Below are positions 1 through 8,481 of a stretch of DNA of 64,000 bases, piece by piece. Each line of letters begins with the position of its first letter. The first letter of the stretch is position 1. The DNA is from Chamaesiphon sp. (GTDB taxonomy: Bacteria > Cyanobacteriota > Cyanobacteriia > Cyanobacteriales > Chamaesiphonaceae): contig CBDFFH010000039.1 of NCBI GenBank assembly GCA_965246715.1, positions 64,001 to 128,000 of the forward strand. Reading direction: 5' to 3'. The notes beneath the pieces were generated by a model. That model was not told the origin of the DNA. It saw nothing but the letters and a program-made list of their open reading frames with translations, and ran no database searches. The position numbers and the translations under genes are program-made.

Positions 1-5
1 GTGCG

Positions 6-584
6 GTGATTAATACCGCCAAAGTAGAACCTGGGGCCAATGTGGTCGTCTTTGGATTGGGTGGCGTGGGGTTGAATGTAATTCAAGCGGCTAGACTCGT
101 CGGTGCAAATATGATTATCGGTGTAGATCTCAATCCCGCCAAAAGACCCCTGGCTGAGAAATTTGGGATGACGCATTTTGTCAATCCGCAAGAGTTAGAG
201 GGCGATTTAGTCCCTTATTTAGTGGATCTAACCAACGGCGGTGCCGATTATAGTTTCGAGTGCATCGGTAATGTCCAGCTGATGCGCCAAGCGCTCGAAT
301 GCTGTCATAAAGGTTGGGGAGTCAGTGTCATTGTGGGTGTCGCTGGGGCGGGGCAAGAAATCGCCACCAGGCCCTTTCAATTAGTCACGGGTCGCGTTTG
401 GAAGGGCACGGCTTTTGGTGGCGCTAAAGGGCGAACGGATGTGCCCAAAATTGTCGATTGGTATATGGATGGCAAGATTAATATCGACGATCTGGTCAGC
501 GATATCATGCCGATCGATCGTGTCAATGATGCCTTCGATAAGATGCATCGCGGCGAGTCAATTCGATCGATCCTGACTTTTTAG
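6..584 (+). CDS. frmA: S-(hydroxymethyl)glutathione dehydrogenase / class III alcohol dehydrogenase, 3' part (gene starts left of window)
   Basis: GLGGVG Rossmann motif, ADYSFECIG, RPFQLVTGRVWKGTAFGG characteristic of class III ADH. Confidence 0.9.
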   Translation: MINTAKVEPGANVVVFGLGGVGLNVIQAARLVGANMIIGVDLNPAKRPLAEKFGMTHFVNPQELEGDLVPYLVDLTNGGADYSFECIGNVQLMRQALECCHKGWGVSVIVGVAGAGQEIATRPFQLVTGRVWKGTAFGGAKGRTDVPKIVDWYMDGKINIDDLVSDIMPIDRVNDAFDKMHRGESIRSILTF

Positions 585-611
585 CAAGCGATCGATCGAG
601 CATACCCGATT

Positions 612-1346
612 TCACAAGGGTTTGCGAGCGATAAATGCAGCATGAGCTGGTGGCAGATCGAAAACCCCATAGCTACGCATCACCCGAACGTCGAAACCCA
701 CTCGTTTTAGTTGTTCCGCAATATCTGTCGCTGCATACAATCGTAAATGGTGGATCTCGTCATCGCGGCGATAGCAGTCACCGATCTGCCGCAAAGTGAC
801 GATCCGCCGCATTAATGTTGCCCGATCGCGATCTTCGGTCTTTTCCACCAGTACAATCCAATCCTCGCCTTCCGAAAATCCCTTCGCGATGTTTCCCGTC
901 GTAACTTGTCCTGGTTCGGCAAGATCGAATACCAACACTCCACCTGGAACTAAGGCTCGATAAATCCGATCGAATAATCGTGCCAACGTCCGCTCGTTAT
1001 TATCCGGATCGAATCGATAATTGAGACATTCACCGATCGAAATTACTGCATTGCAAGCAGGAATCTCGGTCTGAAATAGCGACTCGATCCGAAATTCGCC
1101 ATCTGACAATCTGGATCTGGCGATCGCAATTAAAGACTCGGAAATATCTACACCAAGGATACAATAACCAGCCTTTGTTAATTCCAAAGCAGAAAGACCG
1201 CTACCACAACCCAAATCGACAATTAACCCCGATCGGATGTTGTTTTGACTCAGAATATCTAGGATACCAGGGATAGATTTAGTTGCATAATCGCCATGCC
1301 CGACATCATGAATATATGCCAGATCCGATCGATACCACTGTTCCAT
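612..1346 (-). CDS. class I SAM-dependent methyltransferase
   Basis: IVDLGCGSG motif I, GVDIS motif II, ALVPGGVLVFD. Confidence 0.85.
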   Translation of the reverse strand: MEQWYRSDLAYIHDVGHGDYATKSIPGILDILSQNNIRSGLIVDLGCGSGLSALELTKAGYCILGVDISESLIAIARSRLSDGEFRIESLFQTEIPACNAVISIGECLNYRFDPDNNERTLARLFDRIYRALVPGGVLVFDLAEPGQVTTGNIAKGFSEGEDWIVLVEKTEDRDRATLMRRIVTLRQIGDCYRRDDEIHHLRLYAATDIAEQLKRVGFDVRVMRSYGVFDLPPAHAAFIARKPL

Positions 1347-1628
1347 TATTTCGCTCCCAGCTATTTAATTTTGTCGAATCGGAGAACGGCGACTCATCAT
1401 TTGCATTTGCCGAACGGAAAATGAAAGTTGTATCGGTAGTCATAAATAAAATCGATCGATTAGCGGACGCAGATGCTCGAATCGAAGGGTGTCAGCTTTT
1501 TTTCCATCCCCCCAGGGCAGAAAACCACAGCGCAACAGTACGCCGATCGAAGCTAGATTTGAAGCTGTCGTATTGGCACTTACTTTTTTGACATTGCAGT
1601 GCGATCTAGATTGTGAATAGTTAGCAAT

Positions 1629-2156
1629 CTAACTACGGCTTTCAGGATCTATCGAGTTGAAAAAATGTGAAATATCTGCTGTAGCTCTGATGTGATAAAT
1701 ACTTTTGATGCTTTTTACTCGATCGATATATTCGCGATATTTCGGAGTCAAATATTTGTGACACAACAAAATTACCTTATAACTATTGAGCGAACTTTTA
1801 AAGATCGGACTTTGTTCCGGCCAGCCTTCGGGCGGTTTAAAGCTACCGGTAATCAGTCGTTTCGTCACCCACCAAAAATGCACGTACAGCGGTAGATCGA
1901 TATAGACTAGGGTGTCTGCGGCATCGAGTCGCTGCCACAGGGTTTCCATACAACCAAGTCCATCGATAATCCAGCGATCGGTCAGCAAAATTTCCTGATG
2001 GCGGCGTTGATAATCTTGCATCGGCACCTCAATACCACCCGATCGATATTGGATTTTATCTAATGGGTAAAGTGGCAAACCAGTTAGTTCTGCTAATTTC
2101 TTACTTAGAGTTGATTTACCGCCGCCAGTGTTGCCAAATACTGCTATTTTTTTCAT
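1629..2156 (-). CDS. adenylate-kinase-like P-loop protein (FlaR/topology modulation family)
   Basis: N-terminal GNTGGGKSTL Walker A, WIIDG, ADTLVYID. Confidence 0.75.
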   Translation of the reverse strand: MKKIAVFGNTGGGKSTLSKKLAELTGLPLYPLDKIQYRSGGIEVPMQDYQRRHQEILLTDRWIIDGLGCMETLWQRLDAADTLVYIDLPLYVHFWWVTKRLITGSFKPPEGWPEQSPIFKSSLNSYKVILLCHKYLTPKYREYIDRVKSIKSIYHIRATADISHFFNSIDPESRS

Positions 2157-2177
2157 GTTAGGAGTTATTTGAGATTG

Positions 2178-2705
2178 TCAGTTTTTAAAGTTATCGAGAT
2201 CGCTAGTTATCCACCAAATTTGGCTACCAGCACCAGCAAAGCCGAGCGCAAATAGTAGTCCGGATAGGACATATAAAAAGCCTAGGGTCGGAACGAAATA
2301 GCCGACAAAACCGAAGATCGTCGAGAGTCCTAACATCACCAGCATCCAGCGCGGGAGTTTATTTGCCATCCACGCACCAATGACTAACAAGTCTAACCCC
2401 ACTGCCAGGATGACCGCACCAACGGGATATAGACCGACCCCAAACATCTCACCATCAGGCCCGATAATCATGCCATCACCAACGATCGCGAGCAAAAAGC
2501 CAAAAAGCCCCCATGTTCCTGCGGCTTCATGCAGTAAGCCATATATCCCCATGATGCCAAACAGGATAAATATATCGGTAAACAGGTAAAGTAATTCGAG
2601 TCGATCGGGTGTTAACACACCAGGGTCGAAGGAGCTAATCCCACGGAGAATTCCCGCGATAATTGCCGCCAGACCGCCCAACCGTAGAAGATTATTCCGA
2701 GACAT
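2178..2705 (-). CDS. hypothetical multi-pass membrane protein
   Basis: 175-aa ORF with about 6 hydrophobic segments; overlaps the upstream VOC gene stop. Confidence 0.65.
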   Translation of the reverse strand: MSRNNLLRLGGLAAIIAGILRGISSFDPGVLTPDRLELLYLFTDIFILFGIMGIYGLLHEAAGTWGLFGFLLAIVGDGMIIGPDGEMFGVGLYPVGAVILAVGLDLLVIGAWMANKLPRWMLVMLGLSTIFGFVGYFVPTLGFLYVLSGLLFALGFAGAGSQIWWITSDLDNFKN

Positions 2706-3183
2706 ATATTACCCCTCCTCGTCGATCTAGTGTCAATCCAATTTCTTGCCCGAACGAAAGTTCGAGCGTATGACCGTCAGGATCGCGTAAAAAAGCCCAG
2801 TAACCGATGGGACACCCCGATTTGGGTTCTTGAATCAACACCCCTGCTTGACGTGCGGCATCACATAGGACATCCATATCGGCGCGACTTTTGCAGCCGA
2901 CTCCTAGATGTGCCAAGGGCGAGAGAACGGGAGTTACTTCTTCTTTTTGAATCAGCACGACGACAAACGGACGAGTGAGATCCGACAGCCACACTACAGC
3001 CACGCCTGTCTCAGCATCGATCCGCCGATGCACGATTTGCATTCTGGCATACTTGGCGTAGAATTCGATACTCCGCTCGACATCCAAGACAGGAAGCCCA
3101 ATGTGTGAGAGTCCAAGATCGATAGTTGTTCTTTCTGGCTCCAATAACTCGATGCGATTGCCAAAGGGGTCGGAGACAAACAC
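2692..3183 (-). CDS. VOC/glyoxalase family protein, 5'-truncated (begins with the tail of a second VOC domain)
   Basis: LSHIGLPV..DVERSIEFY and FLRDPDGHTLELS; frame upstream reads EPLEGYNRVFVSDPFGNRIELLEP, a VOC C-terminal motif. Confidence 0.7.
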   Translation of the reverse strand: MFVSDPFGNRIELLEPERTTIDLGLSHIGLPVLDVERSIEFYAKYARMQIVHRRIDAETGVAVVWLSDLTRPFVVVLIQKEEVTPVLSPLAHLGVGCKSRADMDVLCDAARQAGVLIQEPKSGCPIGYWAFLRDPDGHTLELSFGQEIGLTLDRRGGVIYVSE

Positions 3184-3272
3184 GCGGTTATAACCCTCCA
3201 GCGGTTCGGCGGTAAAGTAAAGGGATCCCTAATGTCAAGACAAAAAAGGATAATACAGAGGGATGGTGCATC

Positions 3273-3440
3273 AACCGTTTGAGCGAATCAATTATTAGTA
3301 AAGCTGCACAGTCCGAGATTGCGATCGAATATGGTACTCAACCAGCCAGGGCAAGTCCTACCGTTCGCGAAGCGTCTCGGAACGAGAATCGAGCCAGAGA
3401 AATTGCCCTAGCTGCCTATGCCAAACGAACAGTTTCATAG
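3273..3440 (+). pseudogene. cas12k: cas12k (type V-K effector) C-terminal fragment
   Basis: Translates NRLSESIISKAAQSEIAIEYGTQPARASPT[8-codon insert]..RAREIALAAYAKRTVS*, resembling the Cas12k C-terminus as I recall it (RL..SI.SKAAQ.GI.IE...QP..GSP...A.E.AL.AY); followed by tracrRNA-like sequence and V-K repeats. Confidence 0.85.
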
Positions 3441-3441
3441 C

Positions 3442-3470
3442 TTGCAAATTCTGCACCTAGAAAATAGAAT
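3442..3470 (+). promoter_or_regulatory. sigma70-type promoter of the tracrRNA/CRISPR unit
   Basis: TTGCAA (3442-3447), 17 nt spacer, TAGAAT (3465-3470), directly after the cas12k stop. Confidence 0.6.
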
Positions 3471-3475
3471 ATAGA

Positions 3476-3578
3476 TACTAATAATCGCGTCGCGTTGAAT
3501 GATGGCAACAACCACTGCAACGTGCAAAATGAGGGTTTGTTTGACGGTGGAAAACCCGTTTTACTTTCTGACCTTAGT
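3476..3578 (+). ncRNA. type V-K tracrRNA, 5' portion (3' half appears lost)
   Basis: AAATGAGGGTTTGTTTGACGG..CCGTTTTACTTTCTGACC resembles the conserved Cas12k tracrRNA core; CTTTC (3564-3568) is complementary to the repeat end GAAAG; boundaries approximate. Confidence 0.75.
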
Positions 3579-3670
3579 TGAATTTAGATCTAGTGCGAGA
3601 AGTATGATTGGCTAGGTTCGCGATCGACATGCCTTAAATCCTTATGGGGCAGACATGATTTACAACTAAC

Positions 3671-3846
3671 GTCGCAACCATTCTTCCTCATGATGAGTGG
3701 TTGAAAGGACTAGAAACCCGCTTCAACAATGATGGAGTCCTCGTCGCAACTATTCTTCCTCGTGACGAGTAGTTTAAAATCTTTTGTATTGATATAGCAA
3801 GCGTTCTCCCTGCCAAGAATAGTTGAAAGGTAATCAATTGGTCGTG
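3671..3846 (+). CRISPR. degenerate type V-K mini-array: two 37-nt repeats, one 35-nt spacer, and an atypical repeat with a 17-nt tRNA-homing spacer
   Basis: R1 3671-3707 GTCGCAACCATTCTTCCTCATGATGAGTGGTTGAAAG; spacer 3708-3742; R2 3743-3779 GTCGCAACTATTCTTCCTCGTGACGAGTAGTTTAAAA; diverged R3 ~3794-3829 ending GTTGAAAG; spacer 3830-3846 GTAATCAATTGGTCGTG = tRNA-Thr 4055-4039 (minus strand). Confidence 0.85.
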
Positions 3847-3936
3847 AATTACTTTGTAAAAAATAATAAAGTCACGTAATTCGACAAACCAGATAATCCT
3901 CAGTTCCAATATGAGTTTACAACAATAGCTGGCAAG

Positions 3937-4014
3937 CAGTGACAAATAACTAGTTAAATTGAAACTAATCTGTTAACAGTGACAAATAATTAGTTAATGT
4001 ACGGCGAATGTACA
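3937..4014 (-). mobile_element. Tn7-like (CAST V-K) transposon end with three TnsB-binding-type repeats
   Basis: CAGTGACAAATAA(C/T)TAGTTAA at 3937-3957 and 3977-3997 plus a degenerate middle copy (20-bp period); minus-strand terminus CGTACA (4003-3998) and TGTACA (4014-4009). Confidence 0.8.
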
Positions 4015-4016
4015 TA

Positions 4017-4088
4017 AGCCGATGATGGGATTTGAACCCACGACCAATTGATTACGAATCAACTACTCTACCACTGAGCCACATCGGC
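4017..4088 (-). tRNA. tRNA-Thr(CGT)
   Basis: 72-nt cloverleaf: acceptor GCCGATG/CATCGGC, anticodon loop TTCGTAA, T-arm GGTTCAAATCC; CCA not encoded. Confidence 0.95.
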
Positions 4089-4145
4089 AGGGTTAGGTAA
4101 GATGAATATACCTAGTCTTCTATTATAAATCGGCTCGATCGCAAT

Positions 4146-4412
4146 ATGACAACTCCAAAGCCAAAACAATCGATCGATCCCGAACTTTATCGTCGCCTCC
4201 AATCTGAGGCCAAAAACCCCTTCCGCTCGTTTCGCCGCTTCTTCTACTTCAGTTTTGCTGGCTCTGCGGCAATCGGTGGCGTGGTATTTGTCGCCAAACT
4301 AGCCGCTGGTAGAGAGCTAGAGACTACTATCCCTAACCTTGCCATTCAAGCTGGGGCTGTCGCGCTATTTGTGTGGTTATTGACTATCGACAAAGATAAA
4401 GAAGATAAGTAG
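4146..4412 (+). CDS. DUF3493-like small membrane protein
   Basis: RL.SEA.NPFR..R.FFY..F.GSAAIG motif and two TM helices, typical of the cyanobacterial family. Confidence 0.7.
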   Translation: MTTPKPKQSIDPELYRRLQSEAKNPFRSFRRFFYFSFAGSAAIGGVVFVAKLAAGRELETTIPNLAIQAGAVALFVWLLTIDKDKEDK

Positions 4413-4505
4413 GATCGAACCTAACCCAACTCAAAATCTTAGAAACAGCTCAAACCCAGACTGTGAAAAATGCCCACTCTCTGGATACTTTAGATAGAGG
4501 ATAAG

Positions 4506-4733
4506 TTATAGGGATTCAAATAGTGCGGTAAATCCTTCTAAACTCTGACATTCATCCGTAAATTCTTCCGTATCACTCACATCTTCGAGTTGGTAAGACA
4601 TAATCCGAAGACCATCTCCAGGCATTTTTTTGGAAGAGAGTAAAGTGGCTGGATATTTTTCGGCGATTGTTGTAAAGGTTTTGCCATGAATGCGCCAGCT
4701 ATCATCAGAACATTGAATCGTTACACGCCACAT
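4506..4733 (-). CDS. hypothetical protein
   Basis: 75-aa ATG ORF filling the intergenic space. Confidence 0.5.
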   Translation of the reverse strand: MWRVTIQCSDDSWRIHGKTFTTIAEKYPATLLSSKKMPGDGLRIMSYQLEDVSDTEEFTDECQSLEGFTALFESL

Positions 4734-5048
4734 GGAGAAATCCTGGTTATTTTTTTAAGGCTGCTGAGGATCATTGTGTCATGATTCAGCCCAGAGTGAG
4801 CGATCGATTGCGATCGCTAGGTTAATTAAGATCGATCGAATTTGTAGAGATTTGCAGGATGAATAGCTCTCACCATATAGGTTTGAAGGTATTTTATTTC
4901 GTTTGTACGTCCTTGTCTCGATCGAATCGATGACTTTAAGTTTATTTGTTGAGTGGGTACTTTATTTCAGTGAGATCTCCGAAAGCGAAGAATGTATTCG
5001 ATTTGCAAGTATAGTGTCCTGATACGAGACAAAATATGGCAGACAAAA

Positions 5049-5636
5049 ATGGACTTCTCAGTTGTCAATTTGGGTGCAGATATTTTACTATTCGAGCGGT
5101 TGCTCGACCCAGAATTGTGCCAGCACATCATTCAAATTACTGAGTGCTATCAGCTCGAACCAGCCAGAATTGAGATCGGAAGTGTCGCAAATCTCATTCG
5201 GAGCAATGACCTTTTATTCTTAGGTAACGAACATAATTCTTTGCTTGCCTCAACAAATCAACTTTTATTAGAAAAAATTAATATTGTTCAGCAGTATCTC
5301 GATCGAGACTACGGTGTTAAATTTACAAATACTGAAACTTGCTCGATTTTACGATATCAACCCGGTCAATTTTATCAGCGACATATCGACAATTTTCTCT
5401 TGTCCGATCGCTTTGAAGAAGTAGCTCGTAATGTACCAATTAGAGATGTTAGTGTGGTTGGCTACTTAAACGAAAATTTTACAGGCGGAGAAACATTTTT
5501 CGATCGCCAAAATCTAAAAGTGAAACCACAACAGGGCAGTGCGATCGTCTTTCCATCAGATTATACTCACCCACACCAATCTTTACCAGTGATTACCGGA
5601 CAAAAGTATGTTTTTACAAGCTGGTTGTTTCATTAA
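5049..5636 (+). CDS. 2OG-Fe(II) oxygenase (prolyl-hydroxylase-like)
   Basis: LRY..GQFY.RHID (HxD), GGET.F, HPHQSLPV.TGQKY; start moved to the internal ATG (ORF from 4992). Confidence 0.85.
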   Translation: MDFSVVNLGADILLFERLLDPELCQHIIQITECYQLEPARIEIGSVANLIRSNDLLFLGNEHNSLLASTNQLLLEKINIVQQYLDRDYGVKFTNTETCSILRYQPGQFYQRHIDNFLLSDRFEEVARNVPIRDVSVVGYLNENFTGGETFFDRQNLKVKPQQGSAIVFPSDYTHPHQSLPVITGQKYVFTSWLFH

Positions 5637-5779
5637 GATCGAGCTGGTCGCTGAGCAATTAGACTGTGCCCACTCTATCCAACCGAGTCGATCGAGAGCT
5701 AAGCACTTGAGTTAAGTTAAAATACAAGTAATCTGAAATATTGTCTAGTGAGATTTTCGCTATGATTCAATTAGCAACG

Positions 5780-7267
5780 CAGGGTGAACGCATCAAAACA
5801 GGATTTATTTCGATCGAGAGCCACTAAAATAGGCGATTAATGATATTCGATTGCTTAACTACAATTACGACAATATCAATAAAATCGAAACCAAAGACGA
5901 GGTTAAATTAACTCAATTTAGTCCGGCAAAAGTGCGGCTAAAGATATTTAGCCAAATTCATACTCTGGGGTTAGTTAAATTTAGGCTAAAATAGCCTCTA
6001 GAAGTTCGCGCGAATATTCTTCATCAAGGCTCGCAAGAAATCGCTTCTTCCTAACACTTAGTTTTCGACTCTTGTTCTGACTCATTATATTAACTGCTAT
6101 ATGTCTTAAAACAGCAAAATTAGCTGGAGCATTATCTTTTCTAATTCGACTAATGTCTTCTTTGAAAATAACATCAAGTACCCAATGGAGTGAATTTTCT
6201 ATCGACCAATGACCTCTGATTGCTTCTGCTAGTTTTTCAACATTATCTTCTAAGCTACTGATGAAATAACGAGCTTCTACGCTGGTTTTTTCATTGACAA
6301 CTCGAACTGATTCTACCATGCAAATACTAGTCAGATTTTGCCATTTTAGCAATGGATCTATTGATGTTGCAATGTCTGATATCATTAGGTAATTACGAGT
6401 TTCCTCTCTACCTCTATTCATCTCTCTACTGCTGAAGCTATGCGTTTTCAGACTTTCACCACGAGTTTTAATCGCCTGTTTGAATAGCTGTTCTACCCTT
6501 TCATATAAACTTGGTTGATTCTTTTTGACAGCAATTACATAATCTGCTTCTTTTTTGACAATTTTCTTGACTATTTCTCGCTGACATCCCATTGCATCAA
6601 TTGTCACTATACATCCAGCTAGATCTAAGGCATTAATCAACTCAGGCAATGCAGTAATTTCATTTGATTTACTCTCGACTTTTGTTTGTCCTAATACTAA
6701 TCTATTACTTGCTGCCCAAGCACTGACCGTATTAATTACTCCTTTACCATTTTTTTCGTCTCTTGAATTTCGAGATTGTTTTCCATCAAATGCGATTATC
6801 TCTCCTGCTGTTATTTTACTTATTCCTTTAATCCAATGCAGGAAAGATTTATTGAATTCTTCAGGATTAATTTGTGAAAATACCCGTGCAAATGTATCGT
6901 GAGATGGTATCCCATTCGGTAATTCTAGAAATTCCTCCAGCCATTTTTTTCTGGTGATGCCATACAGCTCTATGTCTTCCCATCCATCTGCTCCACATAC
7001 TACTGCACAAATCGAGATCGTGATAATATCGATTAGTTTGTGTTTTTTCCCCCGTTCAATTCTAATGTCTTTTATGTCACCAAAGTGTTCTGCGATACTA
7101 TGCCTTGGCTTTAGCTTCATTTGACGCGATCTGAATTTCCAATAAATATAACATAATTAACTGGCTATACTTGTTTACCATTAAAGCTTTCATACTTTTC
7201 GTAATTCAAATCTGCAACTGATTTGCGAGGATTTTAAATAGTAGGAAATTTAAGTGCGTTCACCCTG
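5780..7267 (-). mobile_element. ISAs1-family IS, copy 1 (1488 bp)
   Basis: TIRs CAGGGTGAACGCA / TGCGTTCACCCTG; 10-bp TSD ATTAGCAACG (5770-5779, 7268-7277). Confidence 0.95.
5981..7120 (-). CDS. ISAs1-family transposase
   Basis: GIPSHDTF, IAFDGK, IVTIDAMGCQ, HWSIENSLHWVLDV motifs. Confidence 0.95.
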   Translation of the reverse strand: MKLKPRHSIAEHFGDIKDIRIERGKKHKLIDIITISICAVVCGADGWEDIELYGITRKKWLEEFLELPNGIPSHDTFARVFSQINPEEFNKSFLHWIKGISKITAGEIIAFDGKQSRNSRDEKNGKGVINTVSAWAASNRLVLGQTKVESKSNEITALPELINALDLAGCIVTIDAMGCQREIVKKIVKKEADYVIAVKKNQPSLYERVEQLFKQAIKTRGESLKTHSFSSREMNRGREETRNYLMISDIATSIDPLLKWQNLTSICMVESVRVVNEKTSVEARYFISSLEDNVEKLAEAIRGHWSIENSLHWVLDVIFKEDISRIRKDNAPANFAVLRHIAVNIMSQNKSRKLSVRKKRFLASLDEEYSRELLEAILA

Positions 7268-7885
7268 ATTAGCAACGCAAACTACTACTTTCGATGAGTT
7301 TATTGCTTGGCTGCCAGAGAGCGCAGAGCACTGCTATGAATTGCAGAATGGGGTAATTATTGAAATGCCAAAGCCTAGAGGTAAACATTCTCAGATTGGT
7401 GCCTGGATAACTGGTCAGCTATTTAAAGAGATCGAGCGACTTGGATTGACTTATTTTATGCCGATCGATTGCATTATTAAGTCTGTTGATAGCCTGTCGG
7501 GTTATGAGCCAGCTGTTACCGTTGTAAATACCCACGGATTAGGCGAAGAAGCTCGATGGGAACAGGAATCGATTTTGACACTAGGAGCTACGATTCCTTT
7601 ATTAGTAGAAGTGGTGCCTACTAATTGGCAGGATGATTATTTGACTAAATATTCTGCTTATCAAGATTTGGGGATAGCTGAGTATTGGATTGTGGATTAT
7701 CTCGGATTGGGTGGACGGAGATTTATTGGTAATCCCAAGCAGCCAACTATTTCTATCTGTCAGTTAGTTGATGGTGAATTTGATGTGCAATTTTTTAGAG
7801 ATGCAGAAAAGTTACAATCATCTATCTTTCCAGATCTGGAATTAACAGCCAACCAAATATTTACGCTGTAGCCGATCGATCTGTC

Positions 7886-8143
7886 ATGAGTGCTGAAATA
7901 GAAATGCGATGGATTGATGCTTGGAACGACCTCTACGAGTTGCTAAAAGAGCATCATGGCGATGTGCAATATGGGGTGCCGTGTCTATTACCAGACGGTC
8001 GAGTTGTTGATGTTGAAGAATGCCTTGGTTGGTTACAGGATTCGGCGTACGAGCGCTATTATCTCAAAGTCGAGCGAGGCTGGGTTTGGGGAAAGCACGG
8101 AATCGTCGTAAGTAAATATTGTCTAGACAATAAAAATGGATGA
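7886..8143 (+). CDS. hypothetical protein
   Basis: 85-aa ATG ORF just downstream of the Uma2 gene. Confidence 0.5.
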   Translation: MSAEIEMRWIDAWNDLYELLKEHHGDVQYGVPCLLPDGRVVDVEECLGWLQDSAYERYYLKVERGWVWGKHGIVVSKYCLDNKNG

Positions 8144-8226
8144 TGAAAATCGAGCGTTTTTGAAATTCGACTTGTGTCCACCTTCTCGATCGATGTATAA
8201 TTAATGTATAAACATTTTAATCTGTA

Positions 8227-8481
8227 TTGCTAGTGAACCAATTGCAAGTTGTGACTAAATGGGGTAACAGCCTGGGAGTAAGAATTCCGAGCGTTCTTGC
8301 CAAGCAAATAGAATTAACCGAAGGAATGCAGGTGGGGATTAGTGTTGTGGATGGCAAGTTAGTCATTGCACCAGAAAACCGGAAAAAATATACCCTTGAA
8401 GAACTACTCGATGGCATGACTCCAGATCGGTGTCATTCTGAAGTTGAAATGGGAGCACCAGTTGGTAATGAAATCTGGTAA
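8227..8481 (+). CDS. mazE: MazE/AbrB-family antitoxin
   Basis: KWGNSLGVRIP AbrB motif, YTLEELL, G.PVG.E.W C-terminus; overlaps toxin. Confidence 0.88.
   Translation: MLVNQLQVVTKWGNSLGVRIPSVLAKQIELTEGMQVGISVVDGKLVIAPENRKKYTLEELLDGMTPDRCHSEVEMGAPVGNEIW

Larger units (their letters stand above)
5762..7871 (+). pseudogene. Uma2-family (DUF820) endonuclease interrupted after codon 6 by ISAs1
   Basis: Removing the IS and one TSD gives MIQLATQTTTFDEFIAWLPESAEHCYELQNGVIIEMP...LLVEVV...GIAEYWIVD. Confidence 0.85.

Noticed and set aside
1283..1591. 102-aa plus-strand ORF
   Set aside because: No recognisable motif; the opposite strand shows GNAT-like fragments instead.
3688..3945. 85-aa minus-strand ORF
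   Set aside because: Overlaps the CRISPR repeats and transposon end; spurious.
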